Assembly: GCA_021798745.1 (NCBI GenBank)
Contig: JAJZBW010000003.1
Span: 1-38,258 of the forward strand
Source: Actinomycetes bacterium
GTDB lineage: Bacteria > Actinomycetota > Acidimicrobiia > Acidimicrobiales > Bog-793
Direction of reading: 5' to 3'
DNA length: 38,258 bases
The notes beneath the pieces are model-generated. The model ran no database searches. It worked only from the letters and a program-made list of their open reading frames with translations, and had not been told where the DNA came from. Shown in pieces: positions 9,432-17,893 of the stretch (the stretch's first letter is position 1; every line of letters begins with the position of its first letter). The position numbers and the translations under genes were made by a program.

Positions 9432-10352
9432 CTAGCCGACGATGGACGGCGTCGTGATCGCCCCCGCCTGGACGCCCCACTTCGCGAGGATCTTCGCGTA
9501 GACGCCGTCCTTCATGAGCACCTTGACCGCCGCGAGCGTCGCCCGGTCGAGCCCGGAGCTCTTCGGGAACGCGATCCCGTAGGGCGCGACCGAGAAGGCG
9601 GCTCCGTCGAGCTTGAACTTGCCGTGGGACTGCTGGACGATGTACCCCGCAACCTGAGAGTCCGCGAACCCGAGCTGCGCCCGCCCGCTCGCGACCGCGA
9701 GGTTCGCCGAGTTCTGGTCCGAGAACGACAGCACGGACACGCCCTTCTTGCCGGACTTCGTGCAGCTCTTGTTCGCTGCCTCGGCGTCGGACTGCTCGGT
9801 CGTCCCGCTCTCGACGGACACCGTGAGCCCGCAGAGGCTCGCGAGCCCGTTGAGCTTGATCGAGCTAGTCGACTTCACGTAGTAGCCCTCGCCCGCCTTG
9901 AAGTAGCTGACGAAGTTCACGACCTTCGCACGCGCCGCCGTGATCGTGAACGACGAGTTGCCGACGTCGTACTTGCCCGAGGTGAGACCCGGGATGATCG
10001 TGTCGAACGTGGCGTTCGTCGAGATCCAGCGGACACCCATCACCGCGCCGATCGCGGCGTTGAGGTCGGCGTCCATCCCGACGATCGTCTTCCCGTTCGC
10101 CGCGACGAACTCGTCCGGCGCGTACGTCGCGTCCATCGCGACCTTGACCGAGCCGCGCGCCCGGATCGCCTTCGGCACGAGAGCGGCGACCGCCGGGACC
10201 TTCGCCGGCGTCGGTATCGCCGCGGCCCTCTCGGCGCTCGCCGACGCGAGCGAGCCCGCCCCCGAGCCGATCGTGATCGCGACGGCGCCCGCCGCCGCGA
10301 TCGCCCCCGTCGTGGCGCGCCTGCGCCGGCTGCTCGACTGCAACGCGTTCAT
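9432..10352 (-). CDS. Amino-acid ABC transporter substrate-binding protein (SBP family 3)
   Basis: [42 protein letters not shown] and [12 protein letters not shown] at 10352 has GGAGG upstream, followed by a signal peptide. Confidence 0.92.
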   Translation of the reverse strand: MNALQSSSRRRRATTGAIAAAGAVAITIGSGAGSLASASAERAAAIPTPAKVPAVAALVPKAIRARGSVKVAMDATYAPDEFVAANGKTIVGMDADLNAAIGAVMGVRWISTNATFDTIIPGLTSGKYDVGNSSFTITAARAKVVNFVSYFKAGEGYYVKSTSSIKLNGLASLCGLTVSVESGTTEQSDAEAANKSCTKSGKKGVSVLSFSDQNSANLAVASGRAQLGFADSQVAGYIVQQSHGKFKLDGAAFSVAPYGIAFPKSSGLDRATLAAVKVLMKDGVYAKILAKWGVQAGAITTPSIVG

Positions 10353-10590
10353 GGGATCCTCCCCGGTAGACGTGCCGATGCCTGGCACGGCCGGACGCGG
10401 CCGGCAGGTGTCCCATGCGCTCGGCCGGCGCTCGGCGGCTCCCCCACCGCCACGCACCGGCACGTCGTCACGCGTGGTTCCCGACGGCCCTCCGACCTCA
10501 CTCCAACGGCCGGATCATAGCGACCACCGGCATCTCTGCCCGAGGCGGGCGGGCGAGGAGGGGCGCTCCGACGAGCCGCGGCCCACACGA

Positions 10591-11241
10591 TCAGCGCGTG
10601 AGCGCGCTCTCCCCCGCTCCGGCGAGGAGCTCGCAGGCGCGCCAGCAGTACCACGCGGCGACGGACCGGAAGGGGCGGAAGCGCTCCCCGAGTGGCTGGA
10701 GCTCTCGCTCCGACGGCATCGCGACCTGCCACGCGAGACCGTAGCCCCGTCGGACTCCGAGGTCCCCGGACGGCCAGACGTCGAGCCGCCGGAGCTGGAA
10801 CATGAGGAACATCTGCGCAGTCCACGGCCCGACCCCCCGGACCGTGGACAGGCGGGCGACGATCTCCTCGTCGCTCGCGCGCGCGACGCGCCGGGGGGCG
10901 AGCTCGACCGTGCCGTCGAGCACCTTCTCGGCGAGGTCGCGCAGGGCGGAGACCTTTGCGGAGGAGAGCCCGACGGCTCGCAGGGCCTCGACGGGGAGCC
11001 CCACGAGCGCCTCGGGCGTGACCCCGCCTCCGAGCAGCGAGACGAGCCGGCCGTGGATCGCCGCCGCCGCCGCGCCCGCGAGCTGCTGGTAGACGATCGA
11101 GCGCACGAGCGCGGCGAAGTTGCTCTCCGCTCGAGGCGCGAGCCTCGGGGGCCCGGCCGAGGCGACGAGGGACGCGATCACGGGGTCGCGGCTCGCGAGC
11201 GACTCGGCAGCGGACCGGTGGGAGGGGCGAGACGCGTCCAT
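10591..11241 (-). CDS. DNA-3-methyladenine glycosylase II (HhH-GPD, AlkA/Mag-like)
   Basis: FAALVRSIVYQQL, LRAVGLSSAK, HhH motif VRGVGPWTAQMFLMF, DVWPSGDLGVRRG and RPFRSVAAWY. Confidence 0.92.
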   Translation of the reverse strand: MDASRPSHRSAAESLASRDPVIASLVASAGPPRLAPRAESNFAALVRSIVYQQLAGAAAAAIHGRLVSLLGGGVTPEALVGLPVEALRAVGLSSAKVSALRDLAEKVLDGTVELAPRRVARASDEEIVARLSTVRGVGPWTAQMFLMFQLRRLDVWPSGDLGVRRGYGLAWQVAMPSERELQPLGERFRPFRSVAAWYCWRACELLAGAGESALTR

Positions 11242-11345
11242 GGTCGACGAGTCTTGCGCGGCTCGGGACCGTCGCGGGCGCCCGGTGCTCGGCGTCGTCC
11301 AGCGCCGCAGAGGCGGCGCCCGCGACAGCCAGGCGCGCCCGCCGC

Positions 11346-12353
11346 TCAGGCCGCGTCGCCCTCCGGATCGAACGCGAGCCCGGCCTCGTGCGGGCGGCTG
11401 CGGCGTGCCAGGGTCTCCGAGGCGGCCCGGAGCCTCTCCGCTGCGACGGCGGGGTCGACGTAGCACGTGTGGACGCCCGCGAGCTCGTAGCCCGAGTGCC
11501 AGCCGGTCCGGGGCACGACGTGCACGTGCGCGTGGCCCGACTCGTGCACGACGAGGTTGTACGCGACCGGCCCCGTGACCGCGTACAGCGCACGGAGCGC
11601 GGCCTGCACCCCGTGGGCGACGGCACGCGCCGTGGCCGGACCGTGGCCGTCGAGGACGACGGTCTGGTCGTAGTCGACCGTCGGCGCCTCGGGAACGACG
11701 ACGGTCGCCCCGGGGACCCGTGCGACCGTCAGCTCCCCCGGGAGCTCCTCGCACAGCACGCACGAGCCCGCTCCGAGCGCCTCGGCCTCCCGGCGGCTCC
11801 CCGGGTCGGCCTCGGGCAGTCCCACGACCTGCCCGTGGGGGTGCGGCTGCGAGGAGCCCGCGTTCACCCCGTGGTTCACGAACACGAGCGGGAACCGGCC
11901 CGCACGGCGCTGTGACTCTGCTCGCCGGAGCAGGAGCCCCATCGCCGCGCTCGCCTCGTCCAGATCGAGGTCCCCGAGGTGGGCGTCGTGCACGTCGCTC
12001 AGCACGACCACCTCCGCGGCGTCCACGGCGACCGTCTGGGGCCACCGGTTCCGGAGCGACACCGACGACCACAGCGGGTGGCGCGCGCCCCCGGGGACCC
12101 GCCCGGTCTCCTCGCCTGCGCTGTGCGTGCCGTCGTCGATGGCCACCGGGCAGAACGGGCACGGCACCGTCCCGACCGGGAGCTCGAGGGCGACGACCGC
12201 CGGATTGGCCGCTTTCGCGGTCGACCACGGCGGAACCACGAGGCTCGTCGCACCCGTGAGCCGGTCGTTCCGGAGGTCCGCGACCGGCGCGCCCCTTCCG
12301 CCGCCGGCCGTCTGCGCCCCGTGCGCCTCGCCTCGGTGGCCCGAGATGCTCAC
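11346..12353 (-). CDS. Galactose-1-phosphate uridylyltransferase-like HIT nucleotidyltransferase
   Basis: LRNDRLTG, CPFCP, NRWP, EVVV, FVNHGVNAGSSQPHPHGQ (HxHxQ), CVLC, HAHVHVVPR and GYEL. Divergent, so substrate is uncertain. Confidence 0.8.
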   Translation of the reverse strand: MSISGHRGEAHGAQTAGGGRGAPVADLRNDRLTGATSLVVPPWSTAKAANPAVVALELPVGTVPCPFCPVAIDDGTHSAGEETGRVPGGARHPLWSSVSLRNRWPQTVAVDAAEVVVLSDVHDAHLGDLDLDEASAAMGLLLRRAESQRRAGRFPLVFVNHGVNAGSSQPHPHGQVVGLPEADPGSRREAEALGAGSCVLCEELPGELTVARVPGATVVVPEAPTVDYDQTVVLDGHGPATARAVAHGVQAALRALYAVTGPVAYNLVVHESGHAHVHVVPRTGWHSGYELAGVHTCYVDPAVAAERLRAASETLARRSRPHEAGLAFDPEGDAA

Positions 12354-12542
12354 ACCTCACAGATTACGGTCCGGTGACGGTAGCGCCGCGGCGCGGAGCG
12401 GGTCGTCCCGCGGCGCCGGGGGCGCACGGCCGCCCGGCGCACCCGTCCGGACGTTGAGCGATGATGCTCCCGTGCACAACGGCACGTCGCGGGTGGGCGG
12501 ACATCCGAGGCCCGCGCCCGAGCGCCCGTCGCCCGGACCGCC

Positions 12543-14198
12543 GTGAGGGGAGCCGCCGTCGGGTCCTCGCTTCGCGGCTACCGGCGGGCCTGGCTCGCGC
12601 CCGACCTCCTCGCCGGGATGGCCCTCCTCGCGGTCGCCGTCCCCGAGCAGCTCGCGACTGCCCGGCTCGCGGGCATGCCCCTGATCACCGGCTACTACGC
12701 GTTCGTCGCGGGCAGCGTCGTGTTCGCTCTCCTCGGGTCGAGCCCGCAGCTGTCGGTCGGCGCGGACTCGACGATCGCCCCGCTGTTCGCCGCGGGCGTC
12801 GCCCACGTGGCCTCCTCGGGCAGCGCCCGGTACGCGGACACCGTCGGGCTCGTCGCGGTCACCGTCGGGGTGATCGTCGCTCTCGTCGGGCTCCTGCGCC
12901 TCGGATGGATAGCAGAGCTCCTCTCCGCACCGATCATCGCGGGATTCATGTCGGGCATAGCGGTCATCATCGTCGTCCACCAGGTTCCCGACCTGCTCGG
13001 CGTGCCCGGCTCCTCGGGATCGACCGTCCACCGGCTCGTCCACGCGCTCGAGCAGCTCGGGCGCGCGCACCCGGGGAGCGTCGCGCTCGCGGGCTCTGTG
13101 CTCGTCGTGGTCGTCGTCGCGGAGCACGTCGACCGCAGGCTCCCCGGGGCGCTCGTCGCGCTCGTCGCCTCCGCCCTCGCGGTCTATGCCCTCGGCCTCC
13201 ACGCGCACGGCGTCGCGGTGCTCGGGCACGTCGCGGGCGGGCTCCCCCGCTGGGGGCTGCGCGACGTCTCGTGGCACCTCCTACGCGTCGAGCTGCCGAC
13301 GGCGGGCATCGTCGCGCTCGTCGTCGTGAGCCAGACCGCCGCGACGACGCGGGCGTTCGCCGACCTCGGCCGCTACGAGGTCGACGTCGGGCGGGACTTC
13401 GTCGGCGTCGGCGCCGGGAACGTGCTCGCGGGCCTCGTCGGGTCCTTCCCGGTCGACGCGAGCCCTCCTCGGACTGCACTCGTCGCGTCCGCCTCGGGCC
13501 GCACCCAGGCGTCCGGGCTCGTCGCCTGTGCGGTGCTCGTCGCGCTCGTCCCCGCCGCGAGGCTCCTCTCGGACGTCCCGCTCGCGACGCTCGCTGCCGT
13601 CCTCGTGTTCGTCGCGAGCCGGATCTTCCGTGCCCGGGAGCTCGTGCAGATCGCCCGTTTCGACCGAGTCGAGCTCGGGCTCGCGCTCGTGACGCTCGTC
13701 GCCGTCGCCGTCGTCGGCGTCGAGCAGGGGATCGCGGTCGCCGTTGCCCTCGCGATCCTCGACCGCACCCGGCTCAGCGCCCGACCGCAGCTGCACGTGC
13801 TCGGGCGGATCCCGGGGACGACGAGCTGGGTCCCGACCGGCAGCGAGAGGGACGCCGAGCAGGTTCCGGGGGTCCTCGCGGTCCTCTTCGCGACCCCCCT
13901 GTGGTACGCGAACGCCGTCCACTTCCGGTCGCAGCTCGCCCGCGCGGTCACGCGCGCCCCCGACCGGACCCGCCTCGTCGTGCTCGACACGATCGGGATG
14001 AGCGACCTCGACTTCACGGGCGCCCGTGCGCTCGGGGACGCTCTCGCGGACCTCGAACGGGACCACGTCGTGTTCGCGATCGCCCGGGCCGGGGAGCACG
14101 TGGAGACCGCTCTTCGGCGGAGCGGGCTTCTCGCCCGGATCGGGGCGGAGCACCTGTACCCGTCCGTCGACGAGGCGGTCACTGCTCTCACGCGATGA
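12543..14198 (+). CDS. SulP/SLC26 anion transporter with C-terminal STAS domain
   Basis: DLLAG..VAVPEQLATARLAG, LGSSPQLSVGADSTIA, PIIAGFMSG, SPPRT and STAS motifs PLWYANA and MSDLDFTG. Confidence 0.94.
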   Translation: MRGAAVGSSLRGYRRAWLAPDLLAGMALLAVAVPEQLATARLAGMPLITGYYAFVAGSVVFALLGSSPQLSVGADSTIAPLFAAGVAHVASSGSARYADTVGLVAVTVGVIVALVGLLRLGWIAELLSAPIIAGFMSGIAVIIVVHQVPDLLGVPGSSGSTVHRLVHALEQLGRAHPGSVALAGSVLVVVVVAEHVDRRLPGALVALVASALAVYALGLHAHGVAVLGHVAGGLPRWGLRDVSWHLLRVELPTAGIVALVVVSQTAATTRAFADLGRYEVDVGRDFVGVGAGNVLAGLVGSFPVDASPPRTALVASASGRTQASGLVACAVLVALVPAARLLSDVPLATLAAVLVFVASRIFRARELVQIARFDRVELGLALVTLVAVAVVGVEQGIAVAVALAILDRTRLSARPQLHVLGRIPGTTSWVPTGSERDAEQVPGVLAVLFATPLWYANAVHFRSQLARAVTRAPDRTRLVVLDTIGMSDLDFTGARALGDALADLERDHVVFAIARAGEHVETALRRSGLLARIGAEHLYPSVDEAVTALTR

Positions 14199-14301
14199 CC
14201 GGCGACGTGTCGCCGCGTCGCCGTGGGGCCGCCCGACGATGACTCCGAGGTCGCGGTCCTCGACGTCGCACGGCTCCTCGGGCGCTCGCTCGCGGAGCGC
14301 G

Positions 14302-15561
14302 TCAGAGGCGGGTGAGCCGCCACCCGAGGGTCGGGCCGGCGAGACGGCCGGCCGCCACGAGCGCGACGGATGCCCGCTCGCTCCCGAGAGACACGGTGAG
14401 GGTCCCGACCCGGGCGCCTCGCGCGACGGGAGCGTGCAGGTCGTGCAGGAGCTCGACCGTCTCGGCCACGCGCGCGCCGCGCCACCCGAGCAGGGTGGCG
14501 CCCGAGGCCGTCACGACGGGGACGGCCGCACCGTAGGCGGCGTCGAGCGTCGCGACCCGCGTGCCCGCGCCGACGACCTGCTGCTCCACGAGCCCGGCGT
14601 CGACCGAGCGGACGGCCCGGCGCGCCGCGGACAGCACGGTTGGGATCGCGGGGACCGAGGAGTCGCCGACGATCGCTCCGAGCACGCGCACCGTCCGGCG
14701 TCCCAACCGGTGGTTCGCTGCGAAGACGAAGGAGGCCCCTCCCTGGGGGACCCACCCGGTCTTCACCCCGACGATCCCGTCGCGTCCGAGGTCGGCGTCG
14801 ACGTTGTACTGGAGCCCGGCGACCGGGAGCACGACCTGCGCGCGCGCCACGATCGACGCGAAGACGGGGTTCCCGAGCGCGATCCTCGCGAGCCGCACCT
14901 GGTCCGCCGCGGTGGACACCGTGGCGGGGTCGACCCCGCTCGGCCCTGCGTAGTGCGTGTGCGCGAGCCCGAGCTGGCGCGCCTCGGCGTTCATCTTCGC
15001 GACGAACGCCGCCGTCGACCCCGCGTCCCATCGGGCGAGCATCTCGATCACGTTGTCCGCCGACGGGACGAGTGCCGCCTTCAGCGCGTCGAGCTCGCTC
15101 AGGCGCTCGCCGACCTGCACCGCGACCACGGAGTCCTGCGCGGCGAGCTCGCTCCGGTAGGTCGCGACGTCTGCCGGCGTGACCGTGATCGCCGGGCCGG
15201 GCTGCCCGGGGCGCAGCGGGTGGTCCCGAAGGACGACGAGAGCGGACATCACCTTCGCCACGCTCGCGATGGGGATCTCGCTGCTCCCGCCCTGCGACGC
15301 GAGCGTGCCGACCCCACCGATGGTCACGACCGACTCGGTCCCGGCGGGGAGCGCGGGCGACCACGGCCCCCCTGCGAAGGCCGGGCTCGCCCGGCGGACC
15401 ACGACGGCGCTCACCGGGGGCACGGACCGCAGGAGCTGGACCCCGACGAGCACGCCCGCGACGACCACGAGCGCGACGAGCGACACGAGCAGGTACCTCG
15501 CGGCGTGGCGCCTCCTCTCGTGCCGTCGTCCACCGCGATAGAGGTACGGGTCGCCGCGCAT
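14302..15561 (-). CDS. Membrane-anchored D-alanyl-D-alanine carboxypeptidase (peptidase S11)
   Basis: N-terminal TM segment, IASVAK (SxxK), PSADN, FVAKMN, STAADQ and GVKTG. ATG at 15561 has TAAGGT 7 nt upstream. Confidence 0.9.
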   Translation of the reverse strand: MRGDPYLYRGGRRHERRRHAARYLLVSLVALVVVAGVLVGVQLLRSVPPVSAVVVRRASPAFAGGPWSPALPAGTESVVTIGGVGTLASQGGSSEIPIASVAKVMSALVVLRDHPLRPGQPGPAITVTPADVATYRSELAAQDSVVAVQVGERLSELDALKAALVPSADNVIEMLARWDAGSTAAFVAKMNAEARQLGLAHTHYAGPSGVDPATVSTAADQVRLARIALGNPVFASIVARAQVVLPVAGLQYNVDADLGRDGIVGVKTGWVPQGGASFVFAANHRLGRRTVRVLGAIVGDSSVPAIPTVLSAARRAVRSVDAGLVEQQVVGAGTRVATLDAAYGAAVPVVTASGATLLGWRGARVAETVELLHDLHAPVARGARVGTLTVSLGSERASVALVAAGRLAGPTLGWRLTRL

Positions 15562-15672
15562 CGGGGGAACCTTAGGCAACGCGAGCCCGCTGCGGGCATA
15601 GGGCTCGGCCCGAGCCGCCCGAGCGTCTCGGTCGCCCGCCGGCCTCTCGCCCGTGCCGACCGCACGGGGATG

Positions 15673-17151
15673 TCAGCCGAACGCGGCCCTGTAGGCCTGG
15701 AGGGAGAGGGGGTTCGACGCGTCGAGCTGGAGGATCCCCTTGTCCCCCGCGTCGTACCACGACTGGAACGCGAAGCTCGCGGACGAGGCGACGAGCTGTC
15801 CGACGCCCGCGACGTAGTACGGGTCGTCTCCGTAGCCCGGGGGGGAGCCCGTCGGCGCGGTCGTCGCCCACTCCGGGATGCTCAACGGCTTGCCCTGGCT
15901 CGCCGCGAAGCTCGCGACCGCGTCGAGGCCCTCGGGGCTCGACGCGACGACCGCGTACGTCGCCGTCGAGGCGGGAGGAGCAGCCATCGGGCATCCCGTG
16001 TCGTACGCGTCGACCCCGACGATGTCCACGTACGCGTTCCCCGGGTAGAAGCCCGCCAGCCCCGGGACGCTCCCGCACGCGGCCACGTTCCAGTCGAACT
16101 GGAAGCTCGCGCCCGCGACCGCGCGCATCGCGGTGACGGTCCTCGCGAAGCACGTCGCCCAGTTCGACTGCTCGGTCGCCGTCGTGCCGACGAAGTCGTC
16201 GGCCCACGTCCCGTTCATCTCGGCGCCGAGCCGGATCACCGAGCTCCCGAGACCCGCCGCGACCAGGTTCTGTGCGAGCTGTACGTCGTAGCCCGTGAAC
16301 TGCCCCTGGGCGCAGTGGCCGCGCCACGACGCGTCGGACGCGCTCTCGTCCGACGCGACCAGGTCCACCGTGAGCACGACCGTGCGACCCGACGGGTCGG
16401 CAGCGACCCAGCCCGTGTACCCGTTGGCCGGCTGAGCGACCCACGGGTCCACCCAGGACGACCACGACATGTTCGACCCGGTCTCGAACGTCTCGAGGCA
16501 CCCGTAGCTGAGGCCGGTCGCCTGCTCGACCACGGCGAGGTTCGCTTGCCAGGACGCGGATCCGACGTACACGCACGCCGTCTTGGAGTTCGCCGAGACC
16601 GCCCCGCCTGCGCCTCCCGCCGGGGACGTCGACGTGGGGGGAGGCGGGGCGGCCACGCCCCCACCTCCCCCACCTCCCGCGACCACCTCGAACAACGGCG
16701 GCGTCGTGGTGGTCGTGGTGGTCGTGGTCGTCGTGGTGGTCGTGGTCGTCGTGGTCGTCGTGGTCGTGCTGGTCGTCGTGGTCGTCCTCGTCGCCGTGCG
16801 CCGCCGCCTCTTCCTCCCCGCCTGGAGCACCGTCCACCGGCGCGTGACGCGACGCGCGCCTCGAACCGTGAGCGTGACCGCGATGTGCCGTGCGCTTCCC
16901 GAGGTGTTCGCGCCGACGCGGGCCGTCCGGGCCACCCGCCCGTCCCTGCAGCGCACGGCCGCGTCGAAGCGCGCGATCCGGGGGACCGACGACCACGTAC
17001 AGCGCGTCGCGTGGTGGACGACCGCGACGAAGCGCACCGATCCGCCCGCCGCCGCGACGTGACGCCTCGGCACGCCCCGGACCGCCGGGGCGAAGGTCGC
17101 GGGGAGGGCGAGCACCACCAGAGCTGCGGCGACGGCGCGGTGCGACCTCAC
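15673..17151 (-). CDS. Secreted GH26-family glycoside hydrolase with N-terminal BACON-like module and Thr/Gly/Pro linker
   Basis: Signal peptide. GH26 motifs IRLGAEMNGTW (acid/base), YPGNAYVDIVGVDAYD and KPLSIPEWA (nucleophile). Confidence 0.85.
   Translation of the reverse strand: MRSHRAVAAALVVLALPATFAPAVRGVPRRHVAAAGGSVRFVAVVHHATRCTWSSVPRIARFDAAVRCRDGRVARTARVGANTSGSARHIAVTLTVRGARRVTRRWTVLQAGRKRRRRTATRTTTTTSTTTTTTTTTTTTTTTTTTTTTTPPLFEVVAGGGGGGGVAAPPPPTSTSPAGGAGGAVSANSKTACVYVGSASWQANLAVVEQATGLSYGCLETFETGSNMSWSSWVDPWVAQPANGYTGWVAADPSGRTVVLTVDLVASDESASDASWRGHCAQGQFTGYDVQLAQNLVAAGLGSSVIRLGAEMNGTWADDFVGTTATEQSNWATCFARTVTAMRAVAGASFQFDWNVAACGSVPGLAGFYPGNAYVDIVGVDAYDTGCPMAAPPASTATYAVVASSPEGLDAVASFAASQGKPLSIPEWATTAPTGSPPGYGDDPYYVAGVGQLVASSASFAFQSWYDAGDKGILQLDASNPLSLQAYRAAFG
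16702..16785 (-). repeat. ACC/ACG codon run encoding a poly-Thr linker (T5-S-T22)
   Basis: Run of CGT/GGT triplets on the + strand, in frame with the GH26 gene. Confidence 0.95.
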
Positions 17152-17338
17152 GGCGCGAACCGGGTTCCCGCTCGCGACGCCCGCACCTGGCCTCCCGGGG
17201 AGCTCGAGTGGACGCAGAATCTCGTTGACTCTAATGCCGTCCCGTGCCCTCTCACAACGCGCGGGGCACGATCGCGCGACGGGGCGCGCCTACGCTCGTG
17301 ACCGCCGAGCTCGAACGAGCCGAACGAGGAGGCCGGTC

Positions 17339-17893
17339 ATGACCTCGATCCACCCCCGTCGGGCCGTGCGCGCGCCACGGCGGGTCCTCGCGTGCGGGAC
17401 GGCCGCCGCAGCAGGCGTCCTCGCCCTCGCGTCCGCGGCGGCCGCGTCTCCGCCCGTCCTCACGGTCGGTCACGCCTACTGCTTCTACTTCTACGGGCAC
17501 CCCCAGGGAGGCATGCACCTCGTCGCGGCCGGGCCACGCGCGATCGCGGCGGGCCCGAGCGACTACATCAGCGGGGTCGGGGGAAAGCCCCAGGACACGG
17601 TCGTCTACGTGGACTGCGTGACCCGCTCCGGGAGCCCGGTCGGAGCCGCGTACGTCGGGCTCCCGAGGGTCGCGCTCCGCCTGTCCGCCGGTCACCTCGT
17701 CTTCGCCGAGCACGTGGTCCGTCACGTTCGCCGGCTCGACAGCGCGAGCCCGGTCCCCCTCACCGTCACCGTCACGGTCACGGGGACCGTGACGACGGGC
17801 TCGACGGCCACCGGGGCGATCCACGGGGTGCTGCGTGTGTCCGCTCCCGGGTGCCTCGCGGCCCCGTTCGCGTCGGCCTACACGGGGACCTGA
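17339..17893 (+). CDS. Hypothetical secreted protein
   Basis: GAGGAGG upstream of ATG 17339. Basic N-terminus and Ala-rich signal peptide (ASAAAAS), then a beta-rich mature part. No family recognised. Confidence 0.7.
   Translation: MTSIHPRRAVRAPRRVLACGTAAAAGVLALASAAAASPPVLTVGHAYCFYFYGHPQGGMHLVAAGPRAIAAGPSDYISGVGGKPQDTVVYVDCVTRSGSPVGAAYVGLPRVALRLSAGHLVFAEHVVRHVRRLDSASPVPLTVTVTVTGTVTTGSTATGAIHGVLRVSAPGCLAAPFASAYTGT

Noticed and set aside
10353-10590. Riboswitch or T-box upstream of the amino-acid ABC operon
   Set aside because: I could not recognise the conserved motifs of any known riboswitch class. An Rfam scan would be needed to exclude one.
12543-14198. Functional link between SulP and Ehr as a carbon-concentrating (DAB-like) system
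   Set aside because: They are more than 5 kb apart with unrelated genes between, and no DabA or carbonic anhydrase gene is present in the window.
16702-16785. Phase-variable microsatellite
   Set aside because: Mixed ACC/ACG codons in frame. Length changes would not shift the frame, so this is an ordinary linker.
14026-17301. 1091-aa plus-strand ORF, and the many other long Arg/Pro/Gly-rich ORFs in the track
   Set aside because: Antisense or off-frame shadows of well-supported genes. Long stop-free frames are expected at this GC content, and they show no motifs.
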